A stretch of 64,000 nucleotides of DNA. It comes from Promethearchaeota archaeon (lineage in GTDB: Archaea; Asgardarchaeota; Lokiarchaeia; Sigyniarchaeales; SOKP01). Positions within the stretch are counted from its first letter, which is position 1, and each line of letters begins with the position of its first letter. Position numbers and translations under genes: made by a program. Positions 20,611 through 31,082 of the stretch are shown here, one piece after another. The DNA lies in NCBI GenBank assembly GCA_016840085.1, contig JAEOTA010000088.1, forward strand, positions 84,517 through 148,516, written 5' to 3'. The notes beneath the pieces are model-generated. The model worked only from the letters and a program-made list of their open reading frames with translations. It did no database searches and was not told the DNA's origin.

Positions 20611-20919
20611 TCCCTTATTATATTATCTTCAATAAAAATAATTATTATATATCTTTCTTAACATTCAAGATAATAGAATTTCGATTTTATTATTTAATAA
20701 ATCTATTATAACTTGGAAATTAGTGACGCTTTAAATGTTTCAAAATAAAATTTAAATTATTTATTTATTAACTCATTTCTATTTTATTTTTTAATTAGAT
20801 ATTAAATAAAAAATGATTCCCCTTATTTTGTAAAAAATCATTAAAGATTAGAAAAGTTAAATTAACTATTTATTAATTAACTATTAAAATCGCTACATTA
20901 TTTCAATAAAAAAAATAAA

Positions 20920-21363
20920 ATGCAAAATTATAGAAAAAAAAAGATTAAAAGAGTGATGTTATTTATACTTTCTACTGCATTAATTACAACCCTGATTATT
21001 TCTATTCTATTCGCTGATTTTAATATAAAATTCAACCTCGACGATGATCATGTTGATAATGATGAAGAGTGTAAAATATGAAAACGTTCATTAAATGAAA
21101 ATAATAATATTGAAGATTGGGAAATAATTCTAAAAGAATCGAACAATTATCAAACAAATGAGCTCTTTAAAATAGAAAAAAATAAAAATGTGGATGAATC
21201 TTTTGAAAAAAACCTAGTTAAAGAGGACAGCCTTGTGAGGGTCTTATTTTTCTTACAATCTAATAAGTTTAATTTTTATAATAAAGATTTAATAACGCTA
21301 TTAAATTTAAAAATTAATGAACTTTTAGTAATAATAAAACTCTTCATCATTAAACTAGGTTAA
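20920..21363 (+). CDS. Unannotated membrane-anchored ORF with one in-frame TGA (21079-21081) in C-K-I-TGA context; candidate selenoprotein, alternatively a 53-aa protein or pseudogene
   Basis: MQNYRKKKIKR + hydrophobic helix + acidic linker + ECKI*; frame stays open for 93 further codons to TAA at 21361-21363. Confidence 0.5.
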
Positions 21364-22026
21364 TATAATTTGATCAACCAAAAGATAAATTGCAAGAAAA
21401 ATTAAAATTATTCCACTTAATATTCTTAAATATGGGCGATATTTCAGTCTGACATCATTTATCTTATTTGATTCTAAACCCAACCGTATTAATACTAATA
21501 AAAATATAATCGGAATAATCATTCCTAATAAATATACAAAGATAAAAACGTAAAGTAAAGGATTATTTTGGAGATTATATAGTAATGACAAATAAACTGT
21601 GCCAAAACATGGAATTTTAATTAGCACAAAAATGATTCCTACTAAAAAAGCATAAAACCCTGAGTTTTGTTCGATAAAGTCTTTTAAGATTGTCTTAACT
21701 TTTTCTGGTGTTCTATAGATTGTGCTATGTTCCTTTTTACATTCTATTATCTCCCAGATACCGATTATAATTAAAATACCAGCAAATATATAGCTAGAAA
21801 TGAAAAAATTTTCTAATAGCTGGAAAAAATAAAGAAAGACAATTGATATAAGAATATATGCTAAAATCATACCTGAGAGTAAACCTAAAGAAATGGCTAT
21901 AAATTTCCTCTTTTCTTCAGTTAAAATAAGGGATGTGCCAAACACACTTAACATTAATAATATACATGGTGTTATGCCTATTGATAAACCAGATATAAAC
22001 GCTATCGCAAAATTAACATCAACCAT
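21355..22026 (-). CDS. CcdA/DsbD-like transmembrane electron transporter
   Basis: Six hydrophobic segments with paired TPC and IPC motifs. Confidence 0.8.
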   Translation of the reverse strand: MVDVNFAIAFISGLSIGITPCILLMLSVFGTSLILTEEKRKFIAISLGLLSGMILAYILISIVFLYFFQLLENFFISSYIFAGILIIIGIWEIIECKKEHSTIYRTPEKVKTILKDFIEQNSGFYAFLVGIIFVLIKIPCFGTVYLSLLYNLQNNPLLYVFIFVYLLGMIIPIIFLLVLIRLGLESNKINDVRLKYRPYLRILSGIILIFLAIYLLVDQIILT

Positions 22027-22160
22027 AGTCTCTACTAGAACATTTTTTAAATAAATTTTCTATAATCTCATTTCATTCTTAATTTTTAAAAATGTTAATA
22101 TAATTAAGGTTTAAATTTTTAGATATTACATCAAATCTTAATTTCATATTAAATCTGAGG

Positions 22161-22179
22161 ATTTTTAATTTCCCTTCAT
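22161..22179. repeat. Left arm of perfect 19-bp inverted repeat flanking tnpB
   Basis: atttttaatttcccttcat is the reverse complement of atgaagggaaattaaaaat at 23482-23500. Confidence 0.9.
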
Positions 22180-22257
22180 TATTAATTTTCTTGTATCAAA
22201 TATAAATCACCAGTCTCTTTTCTTTTAAATCTGATACTCTCCTTTCATATTATTGGA

Positions 22258-23448
22258 ATGAGACTGACAGAACAGATTCAATTAAATAAAACAACTCAAC
22301 TATCTTATCTATGTCATTTATCTAAAAATCTCTATAATCTTGCCAATTATTATGTGAGACAAGAATATTTTTATTTAGGAAATTGGTTGAGATATTACGA
22401 TTTATGGTATATGTTAAAAGAGAAGGAACCATATAAAAAGCTCCCTTCACAAACTGCTCAGCAAACTTTAAAACTCGTGGATAAAAATTGGAAATCATTT
22501 TTCCAATCACTTAAAATCCATAAAAAGCATCCAGAAAAATATTTAGGAGCTCCAAAGCCGCCACGTTATAAAAAGAAAGATGGTGAGTATATGTTTCTGT
22601 TTACGAATCAACAATGTAGGATCAAGGGAGGTTTTCTTTTTTTTCCGAAAAAAACTCAATTCCTTCCTGTCAAAACTCGGATAAAAAGCAAATTGCATCA
22701 TGTCAGAATCATTCCTAAAGGAGTGTATTATATCTTAGAAATTATTTATCAAAAAGAAGTAAAAGATTTAAATTTGGATAAAGAGAGAGTTATTGGAATT
22801 GATTTAGGGTTGAACAATATCATAACTATGGTAAATAATGCTGGACTACAACCCGCTATTGTTAAAGGTGGTATTGTTAAATCTATTAATCAATTTTATA
22901 ATAAACAACTTGCCAGATATAAAAGCATAAAGGATAAGCAAGGGATTAGTTCTGCAACAAAAAGAATGCAATGGTTAACTCGGAAAAGAAATAATAAAAT
23001 AAATGATATGTTTCATAAAATTTCAAGAGAAGTGATTAATTATTGTATTATCCACGATTTTGGAACGATAGTCATCGGTTATAATAAAACTTGGAAATAT
23101 AAAATAACATTAGGTAAGAGGAACAACCAGAACTTTATCCAAATTCCTTTTGCCAAATTAATATCTCAAATTACATACAAAGCAGAGTTACTCGGAATTG
23201 ACGTAATTTTAGAGCCAGAATCTTTCACTTCGAGATGTAGTTTCTTAGATAACGAATCAATTGCCAAGCATGAAAAATATCAAGGAAAGCGTATTTGCAG
23301 AGGGTTATATCATAGTCAAGAAAGAATCATTATCAATGCGGATGTGAATGGCGCATACAATATTCTTAAAAAGGCAGTCCCAAAAGCCATATCGGCAGAT
23401 GGGATAGAGGGTGTAGGGTTACACCCATATTCTATTGCGATTTCATAG
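22258..23448 (+). CDS. tnpB: TnpB RNA-guided endonuclease (IS605 OrfB family)
   Basis: SKNLYNLANY, LPSQTAQQ, PKPPRYKKK, GIDLGLNN, QIPFAKL, ESFTSRC, INADVNGAYNI. Confidence 0.95.
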   Translation: MRLTEQIQLNKTTQLSYLCHLSKNLYNLANYYVRQEYFYLGNWLRYYDLWYMLKEKEPYKKLPSQTAQQTLKLVDKNWKSFFQSLKIHKKHPEKYLGAPKPPRYKKKDGEYMFLFTNQQCRIKGGFLFFPKKTQFLPVKTRIKSKLHHVRIIPKGVYYILEIIYQKEVKDLNLDKERVIGIDLGLNNIITMVNNAGLQPAIVKGGIVKSINQFYNKQLARYKSIKDKQGISSATKRMQWLTRKRNNKINDMFHKISREVINYCIIHDFGTIVIGYNKTWKYKITLGKRNNQNFIQIPFAKLISQITYKAELLGIDVILEPESFTSRCSFLDNESIAKHEKYQGKRICRGLYHSQERIIINADVNGAYNILKKAVPKAISADGIEGVGLHPYSIAIS

Positions 23449-23481
23449 CTGTGATAAGAGATAGAATAAAATTTTAATTTC

Positions 23482-23500
23482 ATGAAGGGAAATTAAAAAT
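23482..23500. repeat. Right arm of perfect 19-bp inverted repeat flanking tnpB
   Basis: See 22161-22179; lies 33 nt after the tnpB stop. Confidence 0.9.
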
Positions 23501-23622
23501 AACCTTAAATCTTAAGAATAAAAATAAAAAATTAAAATATATCAAGCATTTTATTTTTTCATCCTCAAAATTCAGAATATTAATAATAATTTTATAAAAT
23601 ATTTACAAAATTCTTTTGATCT

Positions 23623-24999
23623 ATGATTCCATTATCGGATTTAAATTGGGGTTTTCTGCAAATCTTATTTTTAATAATTATTTTTTTAGCGGGTTTTTTT
23701 ATTACCTATTTTATTCTCCCCTATATCATGAATTTAATGAAGAAAAAAGGTTATGTTGGTTATGATATTCATAAAAACGCTAGACCCGAAATTCCAGAAT
23801 CTGGAGGGCTTAGTATAGTTATTGCTTTTACTGTTACAACAATACTCTTAATGATCTTCTTTATTGATTTTTTTAATGAAATCTTAATTTTTCTTTTGAC
23901 AGTTTTACTAGCAGCAGCCATCGGGTTTATTGATGACCGTAAAAAGCTTAGATCACGATATAAAATAATTTTATCTATTTTCACGGGAATTCCAATTTTT
24001 TTAGCTAATTATAGTAATTTTGTAAATATCTCTTCTCCAATTATTCCTCTCCTTGATAGAACAAGATTGACTATTATTTACCCATTATTAATTCCTATAA
24101 TTATTGCTATTTCTACAAATACTGTAAATATGTTAGAAGGCTATAATGGTGAAGGTTCAGGAACTTGTTTGATAGCTGCTTGTTTTCTTCTTATCTGTAG
24201 TATTATATGGGATTCCACTGAGGGAATATTATTCACTATACCAGTTATCGCAGTTTTAATTCCCTTTTTTATATATAATAAATATCCAGCGAAAATATTC
24301 CCTGGAGATATTGGAACATTAAGTATGGGTGCGATGATAGCATGTATTATGTTATTTGGTTCACTTGAAGTTGCTACTTTTTGTGTATTACTAATTCATA
24401 TATTCAATAGTTTTTATGTTATTTATTCAGTACGAGGTTTTTTGGAAAGTGATAAAATAAGAGAAACAAAAGAAGATATTATTTTACTCGAAAATGATCA
24501 AATTAAAGCCTCTGATCAAAAGGATGCTGCTTTAACTTTACCACGATTAATTCTCGCGAAAGGACCTTTATCAGAACCAGATTTAGTTAACAATTTCCTG
24601 GCAATCTCAATAGTATGTGGTTTATTTTCAATAATCTCAGTTTTATTTACACAATTCACGATAGGGGTTTTAGAAATCATACCATTTCTTATCACATCTC
24701 TAATACTTATTGCCCCTATTGGATATTTATTATTAAAATTCCCGAGGTTAAGAGGAATAATCGTGTTAATGGTATGTTTATTAGTAGGGATAGTTATTTT
24801 TCTAATGATAGTAGAATCTCTAATTATGCCTCTTCCTCTGGGAAATATCAATCTAGGAATAATTCAACTGCCTCTTAATCTAATCGTTATTTTCCTTTTA
24901 TCTATAGTAGGGATCATAATATGGTATTATGTTACAATTAAGTATTTTTGGTATCAAATTAATGAAATGAAAATAAAAGAAATTCAAGATTCTAGATAA
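23623..24999 (+). CDS. UDP-GlcNAc:dolichol-phosphate GlcNAc-1-phosphate transferase (GPT/AglH, MraY-like)
   Basis: GYDIHK, IPESGG, GFIDD, NTVNMLEGYNG, YPAKIFPGDIG; polytopic. Confidence 0.85.
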   Translation: MIPLSDLNWGFLQILFLIIIFLAGFFITYFILPYIMNLMKKKGYVGYDIHKNARPEIPESGGLSIVIAFTVTTILLMIFFIDFFNEILIFLLTVLLAAAIGFIDDRKKLRSRYKIILSIFTGIPIFLANYSNFVNISSPIIPLLDRTRLTIIYPLLIPIIIAISTNTVNMLEGYNGEGSGTCLIAACFLLICSIIWDSTEGILFTIPVIAVLIPFFIYNKYPAKIFPGDIGTLSMGAMIACIMLFGSLEVATFCVLLIHIFNSFYVIYSVRGFLESDKIRETKEDIILLENDQIKASDQKDAALTLPRLILAKGPLSEPDLVNNFLAISIVCGLFSIISVLFTQFTIGVLEIIPFLITSLILIAPIGYLLLKFPRLRGIIVLMVCLLVGIVIFLMIVESLIMPLPLGNINLGIIQLPLNLIVIFLLSIVGIIIWYYVTIKYFWYQINEMKIKEIQDSR

Positions 25000-25008
25000 A
25001 ACTTAAAG

Positions 25009-27561
25009 GTGCTTAAAGTGAAATTACATATAAGACTTACTCTATTTATTTCTTATCTTATTGGGTCAATTGCTTTTTTTTACATTTTTATTATAATTTT
25101 TCTTAATATGAGTACTATTGAACTTATAACAGATTGGAGTTTTATAATCACTGTTTTACTTTATTTTTTATCAATTGAAGAATTTTATCATTGGTTAAAA
25201 AATGGCAAAAGAAGTGAAATGAGTGATCTTGTTGCAATAATATTTTTCTTTTTCGTCATTTTTTTCTTTTCGAAGGATCTACTGACATCATTAATGGGCG
25301 CGTTTTCAATCTATTTATGGATAGGAGTTTTTGAATTGAAGGATTATCCAGTTTTAAATAAAATTTTAATAATATCGTTAGTCACATACAATATTATTTT
25401 TATCGCTGGCATATTTTCCTTTTATTTAGATGATCCTTTTTATATAAATACAAGTTTTGCTTTTTCTTTCTGGATTATCCTTATTATGGGATTTCTACTG
25501 TTTGGAAGGAAATATATAATGGTTTGGCGTTTTATGAGCCCTGAATACTTAATATTATTTCTCTATATTATCGCTTGGTTAGTTGTAGTTTTTATTAATC
25601 AGTATACCCCATTCGATTTGACTACATCAAATCCTATTGGTTCCAATCAATTTCGATTAATTGATTTCTTTTTGAATATTTATTTTATTTTAATTATAGT
25701 AAATTGGATAATTTATTTCATTTCAGGTATAATTTTAGACAAATTACTCGGTATTAAAAAAGTTGAAAATAAAAATGTAATAGATATTGTAAATGAAGTC
25801 AAACATAACGTTGGGATTAACGGTAAGGTTAAAATTGGGTTTGGAAAATATCCAATCTTGAATGCAATGGCATATGGCTCTATTTTTGATAAAAGAATCG
25901 CTGTTATAGCAGATGATATAAATGCTATTCCAGAAGACGAACTAAAAGGAATTGTAGCCCATGAATTGGCTCATACTAAAGGGAACCATACACTTATATT
26001 AACACTCATTACATCTATCGATCTTTTTTTGAGAATGCTTCTCGGTATCCCCGCTACTTATTACGATTACACTTTTGGAGACCCTCAAATTCCATTATTT
26101 ATGTTTATTCTTTTGAATTTATTAATATATGTAATTCTCTTTATTTTCGTAAGATTCTTAGAGGGGAGGGCAGATTTAAAAGCTAAAATTTCAGGATATG
26201 GGAATGAGCTTGTCAAGGCTTTATATAATTTAGAAAGTTTTTACGCGTCAGGTCGAGAAATTGGATTTAATACAATGTTATTATGTGAAGAAAAGATATC
26301 AAAAGATAATCAGCTATTAGATTATATGAACACAGCTTCATATTTATATCGTTCAATAATAAAACCTTCAAGAGCATCTCTTTTAGGTAATTTTATAAAC
26401 TCTCATCCACCAAGTTATTTTAGAATAGCAGCAATTTTAAGTGATGAACTAAAACCAAGTAAAGAGGCAATTCTTCCATTTATTTGTTTAAAAAAATCAA
26501 AACAAAAGAAGTACGCTCACAAATTTGAAAAATCAAGAGAAGAATTTAAAAGGATAGCAAATGAAAAATTTAAAGAGCTTTTTCAAATTAATGATATCTC
26601 TTTATTAATGAATAATCTTAAGAGAAAGGACTTTTATAAATATGAACTTAATAAAGATTACATCTTTAAAAATAAAATTACTGATGAGATTATCCTTGGC
26701 AACTTAGAGAATATACGATTTATTGATGATATTTGTGAAAGTGTTCAATTTATTATTACAAATTTGAAAACTAATAAAACCCAATATTTGGAATCCTCAA
26801 TGTATACCCGTAATCAAATTGATTTGAATGAAACATATTTTTTCAAGAAAGATAATCCTTTAATTTTAAGAGATATTAATTTAAAAGCTGATCAAAACGA
26901 AAAGGGATTCATTGTTTTTTTAGATAAAGAACAAAATCAAGTTTTTAAACCTATTTTAAAAACAAAATTACCAAATTCAATAGGATTAATTAAAAATCTT
27001 AAAGGTATTAGTATCTTTCTAAAATTAAAGGGAAACTTAAAAATATTAACATGTCTAAGCATATCTACCGCTAACAATTATGATGAATATAAGATAACCT
27101 TATCTAATCCAAATGCTACTAGAAATCAAGATCAAGAAATCTTGAATTATACTCTTAAAGAATTAATTATTAAACCCAAAAAGATATATTTACCGATTAG
27201 TAAAGATAAAAGTTTTAGAAAATCCGAAGTTGAAGTAATAAATTGGTTAATACAAAATAAAATTCTAACACATATTTATCTTAAAAAACCCGTAAATAAT
27301 TTAGAAACTGGATTTATTACAAGAATTATCTTTGAATCCAAGAGTTTAAAGACACAGAAAAAAGAAGAAAAAGAAGAAAATATCATTTATTTAAGAAATA
27401 TTTTTGAAAATGAAATTAAGATACCATACGATAAAGTAGATTTGATTGCTTTTGAGTATAATAGCGTAATGATTCAAATCAAATCTGCTACTAGCATTTC
27501 TAGTCGTTTAGGTTATAGGATCTTAAAGAAATTTAAACCTGAAAGGATTATAATGACTTAA
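25009..27561 (+). CDS. M48 (HtpX-like) membrane zinc peptidase with extra N-terminal TM block and large C-terminal domain
   Basis: NAMAYG, ELKGIVAHELAH, EGRAD, SHPP..FRI. Confidence 0.8.
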   Translation: MLKVKLHIRLTLFISYLIGSIAFFYIFIIIFLNMSTIELITDWSFIITVLLYFLSIEEFYHWLKNGKRSEMSDLVAIIFFFFVIFFFSKDLLTSLMGAFSIYLWIGVFELKDYPVLNKILIISLVTYNIIFIAGIFSFYLDDPFYINTSFAFSFWIILIMGFLLFGRKYIMVWRFMSPEYLILFLYIIAWLVVVFINQYTPFDLTTSNPIGSNQFRLIDFFLNIYFILIIVNWIIYFISGIILDKLLGIKKVENKNVIDIVNEVKHNVGINGKVKIGFGKYPILNAMAYGSIFDKRIAVIADDINAIPEDELKGIVAHELAHTKGNHTLILTLITSIDLFLRMLLGIPATYYDYTFGDPQIPLFMFILLNLLIYVILFIFVRFLEGRADLKAKISGYGNELVKALYNLESFYASGREIGFNTMLLCEEKISKDNQLLDYMNTASYLYRSIIKPSRASLLGNFINSHPPSYFRIAAILSDELKPSKEAILPFICLKKSKQKKYAHKFEKSREEFKRIANEKFKELFQINDISLLMNNLKRKDFYKYELNKDYIFKNKITDEIILGNLENIRFIDDICESVQFIITNLKTNKTQYLESSMYTRNQIDLNETYFFKKDNPLILRDINLKADQNEKGFIVFLDKEQNQVFKPILKTKLPNSIGLIKNLKGISIFLKLKGNLKILTCLSISTANNYDEYKITLSNPNATRNQDQEILNYTLKELIIKPKKIYLPISKDKSFRKSEVEVINWLIQNKILTHIYLKKPVNNLETGFITRIIFESKSLKTQKKEEKEENIIYLRNIFENEIKIPYDKVDLIAFEYNSVMIQIKSATSISSRLGYRILKKFKPERIIMT

Positions 27562-27599
27562 AAAAGTTTAAAATTAAAGTACCTTTCAAACAGTTAATA

Positions 27600-28523
27600 A
27601 TGGTAGGGAAAATTAGAAGTATTATACATCTATTGCGAATACGTCAGTATTATAAAAATGTAATGGTATTTGCAGGGATTTTTTTTAGTGAAAAACTATT
27701 TGATACATCTCTTTATTTTAACCTTATATTAGGTTTTGTACTTTTATGCTGTGCCTCTTCCTTTAATTATATTATTAATGATATTAGAGATATCGAAAGT
27801 GATAAAAAACATCCAGAAAAGTTGAAAAAAAGACCCCTTGCCTCTGGAGCTCTATCTCTATATTTCGCTATAATAATATTATTTGCATTAGCTGGTTTAA
27901 TTATATTATCTCTTATTTTCCTAATTCCTAATATAGGTCTTATCTTTATGATTGCTTTAATAATCATAACTGGTCAACTTTATAATCATGTTTTCAAGAA
28001 ATTTGCTTTCATTGATATTCTTATTCTATCTACTGGATATTTATGGAGAACATTAGCAGGATGCATGATAATTGAGGAATATGTTTCTGCATGGTTATTT
28101 TTAGCTATTTTTGAGGTAGCTATCTTTTTAAGCATAGCTAAGAGAAAAGGGGATTTGAAATTTCTTGAGAAAGATATAGCAGTCGAGCATAAGAAGGTCT
28201 ATGATCAATACTCTTTAAAGTTATTAGATCAATTTCACATCATCATTGCAGGCTCTTTGTTTATGACTTATTCTCTCTACCTAATTTTAAAATTTAATTT
28301 ATTTGAGCCTGGAATCGCCAATTTTTATGAATATATTGCAATAATTACAATCCCTTTAGCTTTATATATTCTTATGAGATATATGTATTTGACTTCAGCA
28401 AAACCAGAAATTGCCCGCAATACCGAGAAAGCATTTCTGGATAAAGGAATTGTGATTGCCGGATTATTACTAATAATTATTCTATTTTTCTCTTTCTATT
28501 TCGATATAGTATTTAATATTTGA
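27600..28523 (+). CDS. UbiA-superfamily prenyltransferase (decaprenyl-phosphate phosphoribosyltransferase-like)
   Basis: LRIRQYYKN, YIINDIRDIESDKKHP.K..RPLASG, AKRKGDL. Confidence 0.85.
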   Translation: MVGKIRSIIHLLRIRQYYKNVMVFAGIFFSEKLFDTSLYFNLILGFVLLCCASSFNYIINDIRDIESDKKHPEKLKKRPLASGALSLYFAIIILFALAGLIILSLIFLIPNIGLIFMIALIIITGQLYNHVFKKFAFIDILILSTGYLWRTLAGCMIIEEYVSAWLFLAIFEVAIFLSIAKRKGDLKFLEKDIAVEHKKVYDQYSLKLLDQFHIIIAGSLFMTYSLYLILKFNLFEPGIANFYEYIAIITIPLALYILMRYMYLTSAKPEIARNTEKAFLDKGIVIAGLLLIIILFFSFYFDIVFNI

Positions 28524-28833
28524 AATCTGAGAAAAGAAATCCCATTTTTTACCCACTTCTAAGCTCTCAAGAGTTAGATACAGTATAATTCAAATATATT
28601 GATAATTCCTAAATAGAGGGGTACAATAATAAATAAAACTACAATACAGAATAAATTCTCAAATTCCGAAGACTTATTTATATTTATGATTGCCATACAT
28701 ACAATAAATAGTTATGATTTCAAGAAATAATAAAAAAAAAAAGATAAAACTTATAAGTATACGAATTTAACAACATATTTAACAACATATATAAAAAAAA
28801 TTAAAAACACACACAATATATAGTGAATTCAAT

Positions 28834-30636
28834 ATGGAAAAGAAAAATTTAGCAATAATTGTCTTAGCTATTGCACTCGCTGCTTCAGGAGTTGGCAATG
28901 TTATTCTTGGCGTTATGACTGGATTTGTCCAATTAGCTCCCGAAGAGAAACAAACATTGGTTATTGGCTATGGATCAAATCCTGCAGAGCTTGATCCTCT
29001 TGATACATGGGACGTACCTTCCCACAATATGCAACACCAGGTTGTAGAAGGTCTAGTTAAATATGATATAACAACTCATCCTAATTATACGATAAAACCT
29101 GTACTTGCTGAATCTTGGGAATGGATTAGTGCCTCAGAAATCAAATTTAACATAAGAAAGGGTGTGAGATTCCATGATGGAGAATTGTGTACTGCTGAAG
29201 AAATAAAATGGAATTTTGAAAGAGTTCAGTGGTTTATTAATGCCAGTGGTGATCTTCCTGCTAATGAAACTTCTTGGCCAGCATTTCCAGGGTCATTATA
29301 CTTTTTCTCTGATGGTACCCCTATCTTTAAAGAGTTTAGAGCAGATAGTACATATGAGTTTACAATAGTCACAACTAAACCTATGTCAGCGTTATTAGAT
29401 TTACTTTGTTTTAGTGCAACCTATATTATGTCACCTGCTTCTACCCCTAGATATACATATCTAGATTTAGCAGAGGATATTCTAGTTGGTACTGGTCCTT
29501 ATGAATATATACGCTTTGAAAGAGATAAAGAAATAAGATTGGAGGTTAATGAACATTACTGGGGTGAAAAACCCTATTTTGAAGAAGTAGTAATGTATAT
29601 CATCGAAGATGATACAGCTAGAATGACTGCTGGGTTAGCTGGAGTATTTGATCTGGTTGGCGGTGTACCAAAGTCATTTATTGACACATTTAAAGCTGAC
29701 GATGATTTCATTGTGAAAGATGTTGGTGAAGATCTCTGCTACTGGTACTTAGAAATTTACTGTGGACCAAAAGATGAAAATGGGGATTGGCTTGAAACAG
29801 GTTCTAATAAATATCAAGCCCAGAAAAATCCTGCATACTTGAGACGAGCTCTTGCATATGCGGTCAACTATTCATATATCTGGGAAGAAATTAAAGCTGG
29901 ATATTCTGTTGAAGGAACCACAGCAGTTCCTAGGACTATGCCTGGAAATAATGCATCTGTTGTCCAGGCAAGTGACGAGAAATTCGATTGGGAGGACAAT
30001 GTCGAGAAAGCAAGACAACTCTTGAAAGATAATGCTGCTGATATAGTAACAAGAGGAGGAATGAATGTTTCTGGATTCGCTGTTGATAAAGATTCGGATT
30101 GGAAAGGTAAAAATATCCTTGGAAGAAAACTTGCATTAAACAGACACTTTGGAAGCGTTACTAATCTCCGGTTAAATCAATTAATGGCAGCAAACTTTGA
30201 TTTGCTTGGAATCCAAACTGAAGAAACAATAAGACATTGGGATCCCTATTTAGAAACAGGAGAAAACACTCCGTGGGAGATGGATATTGGATATGTTGGA
30301 TGGTGTCCAGATTACCTAAATCCATTCAATATGATTGATCCATTATTCAACTTAGCTTCTGGCTCATGCTTTTCACGAATTAATGATACCAGCCCTGGGG
30401 GTTTAACAGCATTAATGGAAGCTGCTGCAGCTGAAACTGATAGGGATACTCAATTAGATCTTTATAGGGACATCCAATCATTAATTTATGATGTAGAACG
30501 TCCATTAAATCCAGCAAGCCACACTCATATCTCAGGTTGGTCTGATTTGGTACAATCAACTCATAAGGCCAACTTAATGAAACCATACACTACTTTGTCA
30601 TATACTGAATATGCTCTATTCTACTGGGAAGATTAA
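28834..30636 (+). CDS. oppA: ABC peptide transporter substrate-binding protein (family 5)
   Basis: LDP, PVLAESWE, IRKGVRFHDG, VGTGPY, LRRALAYAVN, GWCPDY. Confidence 0.9.
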   Translation: MEKKNLAIIVLAIALAASGVGNVILGVMTGFVQLAPEEKQTLVIGYGSNPAELDPLDTWDVPSHNMQHQVVEGLVKYDITTHPNYTIKPVLAESWEWISASEIKFNIRKGVRFHDGELCTAEEIKWNFERVQWFINASGDLPANETSWPAFPGSLYFFSDGTPIFKEFRADSTYEFTIVTTKPMSALLDLLCFSATYIMSPASTPRYTYLDLAEDILVGTGPYEYIRFERDKEIRLEVNEHYWGEKPYFEEVVMYIIEDDTARMTAGLAGVFDLVGGVPKSFIDTFKADDDFIVKDVGEDLCYWYLEIYCGPKDENGDWLETGSNKYQAQKNPAYLRRALAYAVNYSYIWEEIKAGYSVEGTTAVPRTMPGNNASVVQASDEKFDWEDNVEKARQLLKDNAADIVTRGGMNVSGFAVDKDSDWKGKNILGRKLALNRHFGSVTNLRLNQLMAANFDLLGIQTEETIRHWDPYLETGENTPWEMDIGYVGWCPDYLNPFNMIDPLFNLASGSCFSRINDTSPGGLTALMEAAAAETDRDTQLDLYRDIQSLIYDVERPLNPASHTHISGWSDLVQSTHKANLMKPYTTLSYTEYALFYWED

Positions 30637-31082
30637 ATATAAATAGCTATAAATATATACATTTAAAACTTAACAAATTAATCTTTTTTTTTTTTCTACT
30701 TATTTAATTATATTGTAATTATTAGATTCAAAAATGGTGTTTTGATATCAATTTATAAATCTACACTTCTTTTTGAATTTATTTTAGAAGTAATAAACGA
30801 TTTAAGTTAAGTAAATGCATATTTACAGCTGTGTCTCTCTATAATTACGATTTGTGAGGATAATTTGATTGTGTTAATTTTAATTAAATTAAGATTTAAA
30901 TAATTAGTATCTACCAAAATTTATTACCATAATTAAAATATATAGGATGCACATGTCAAGATAAGTTAATGATTTCTCAAACAAATGGAATATTTAATAA
31001 AGGATCAAATCTAAATAATTTTAAGTTTTCAATTTACATAATAATGTAAAAATTCACTTACAAATTGGTTCGAGAATAGACG

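Larger units (their letters stand above)
22151..23512 (+). mobile_element. Non-autonomous tnpB-only element (IS1341-like, IS200/IS605/IS607 superfamily); ends approximate
   Basis: Solo tnpB, no tnpA nearby, bracketed by an inverted repeat. Confidence 0.65.

Noticed and set aside
21194-21228. ATGA...AAA...GA hairpin as a SECIS for the CxxU ORF
   Set aside because: The stem is only ~7 bp, the lower helix is poor and it lies inside the putative coding region. Not supportable without a covariance model.
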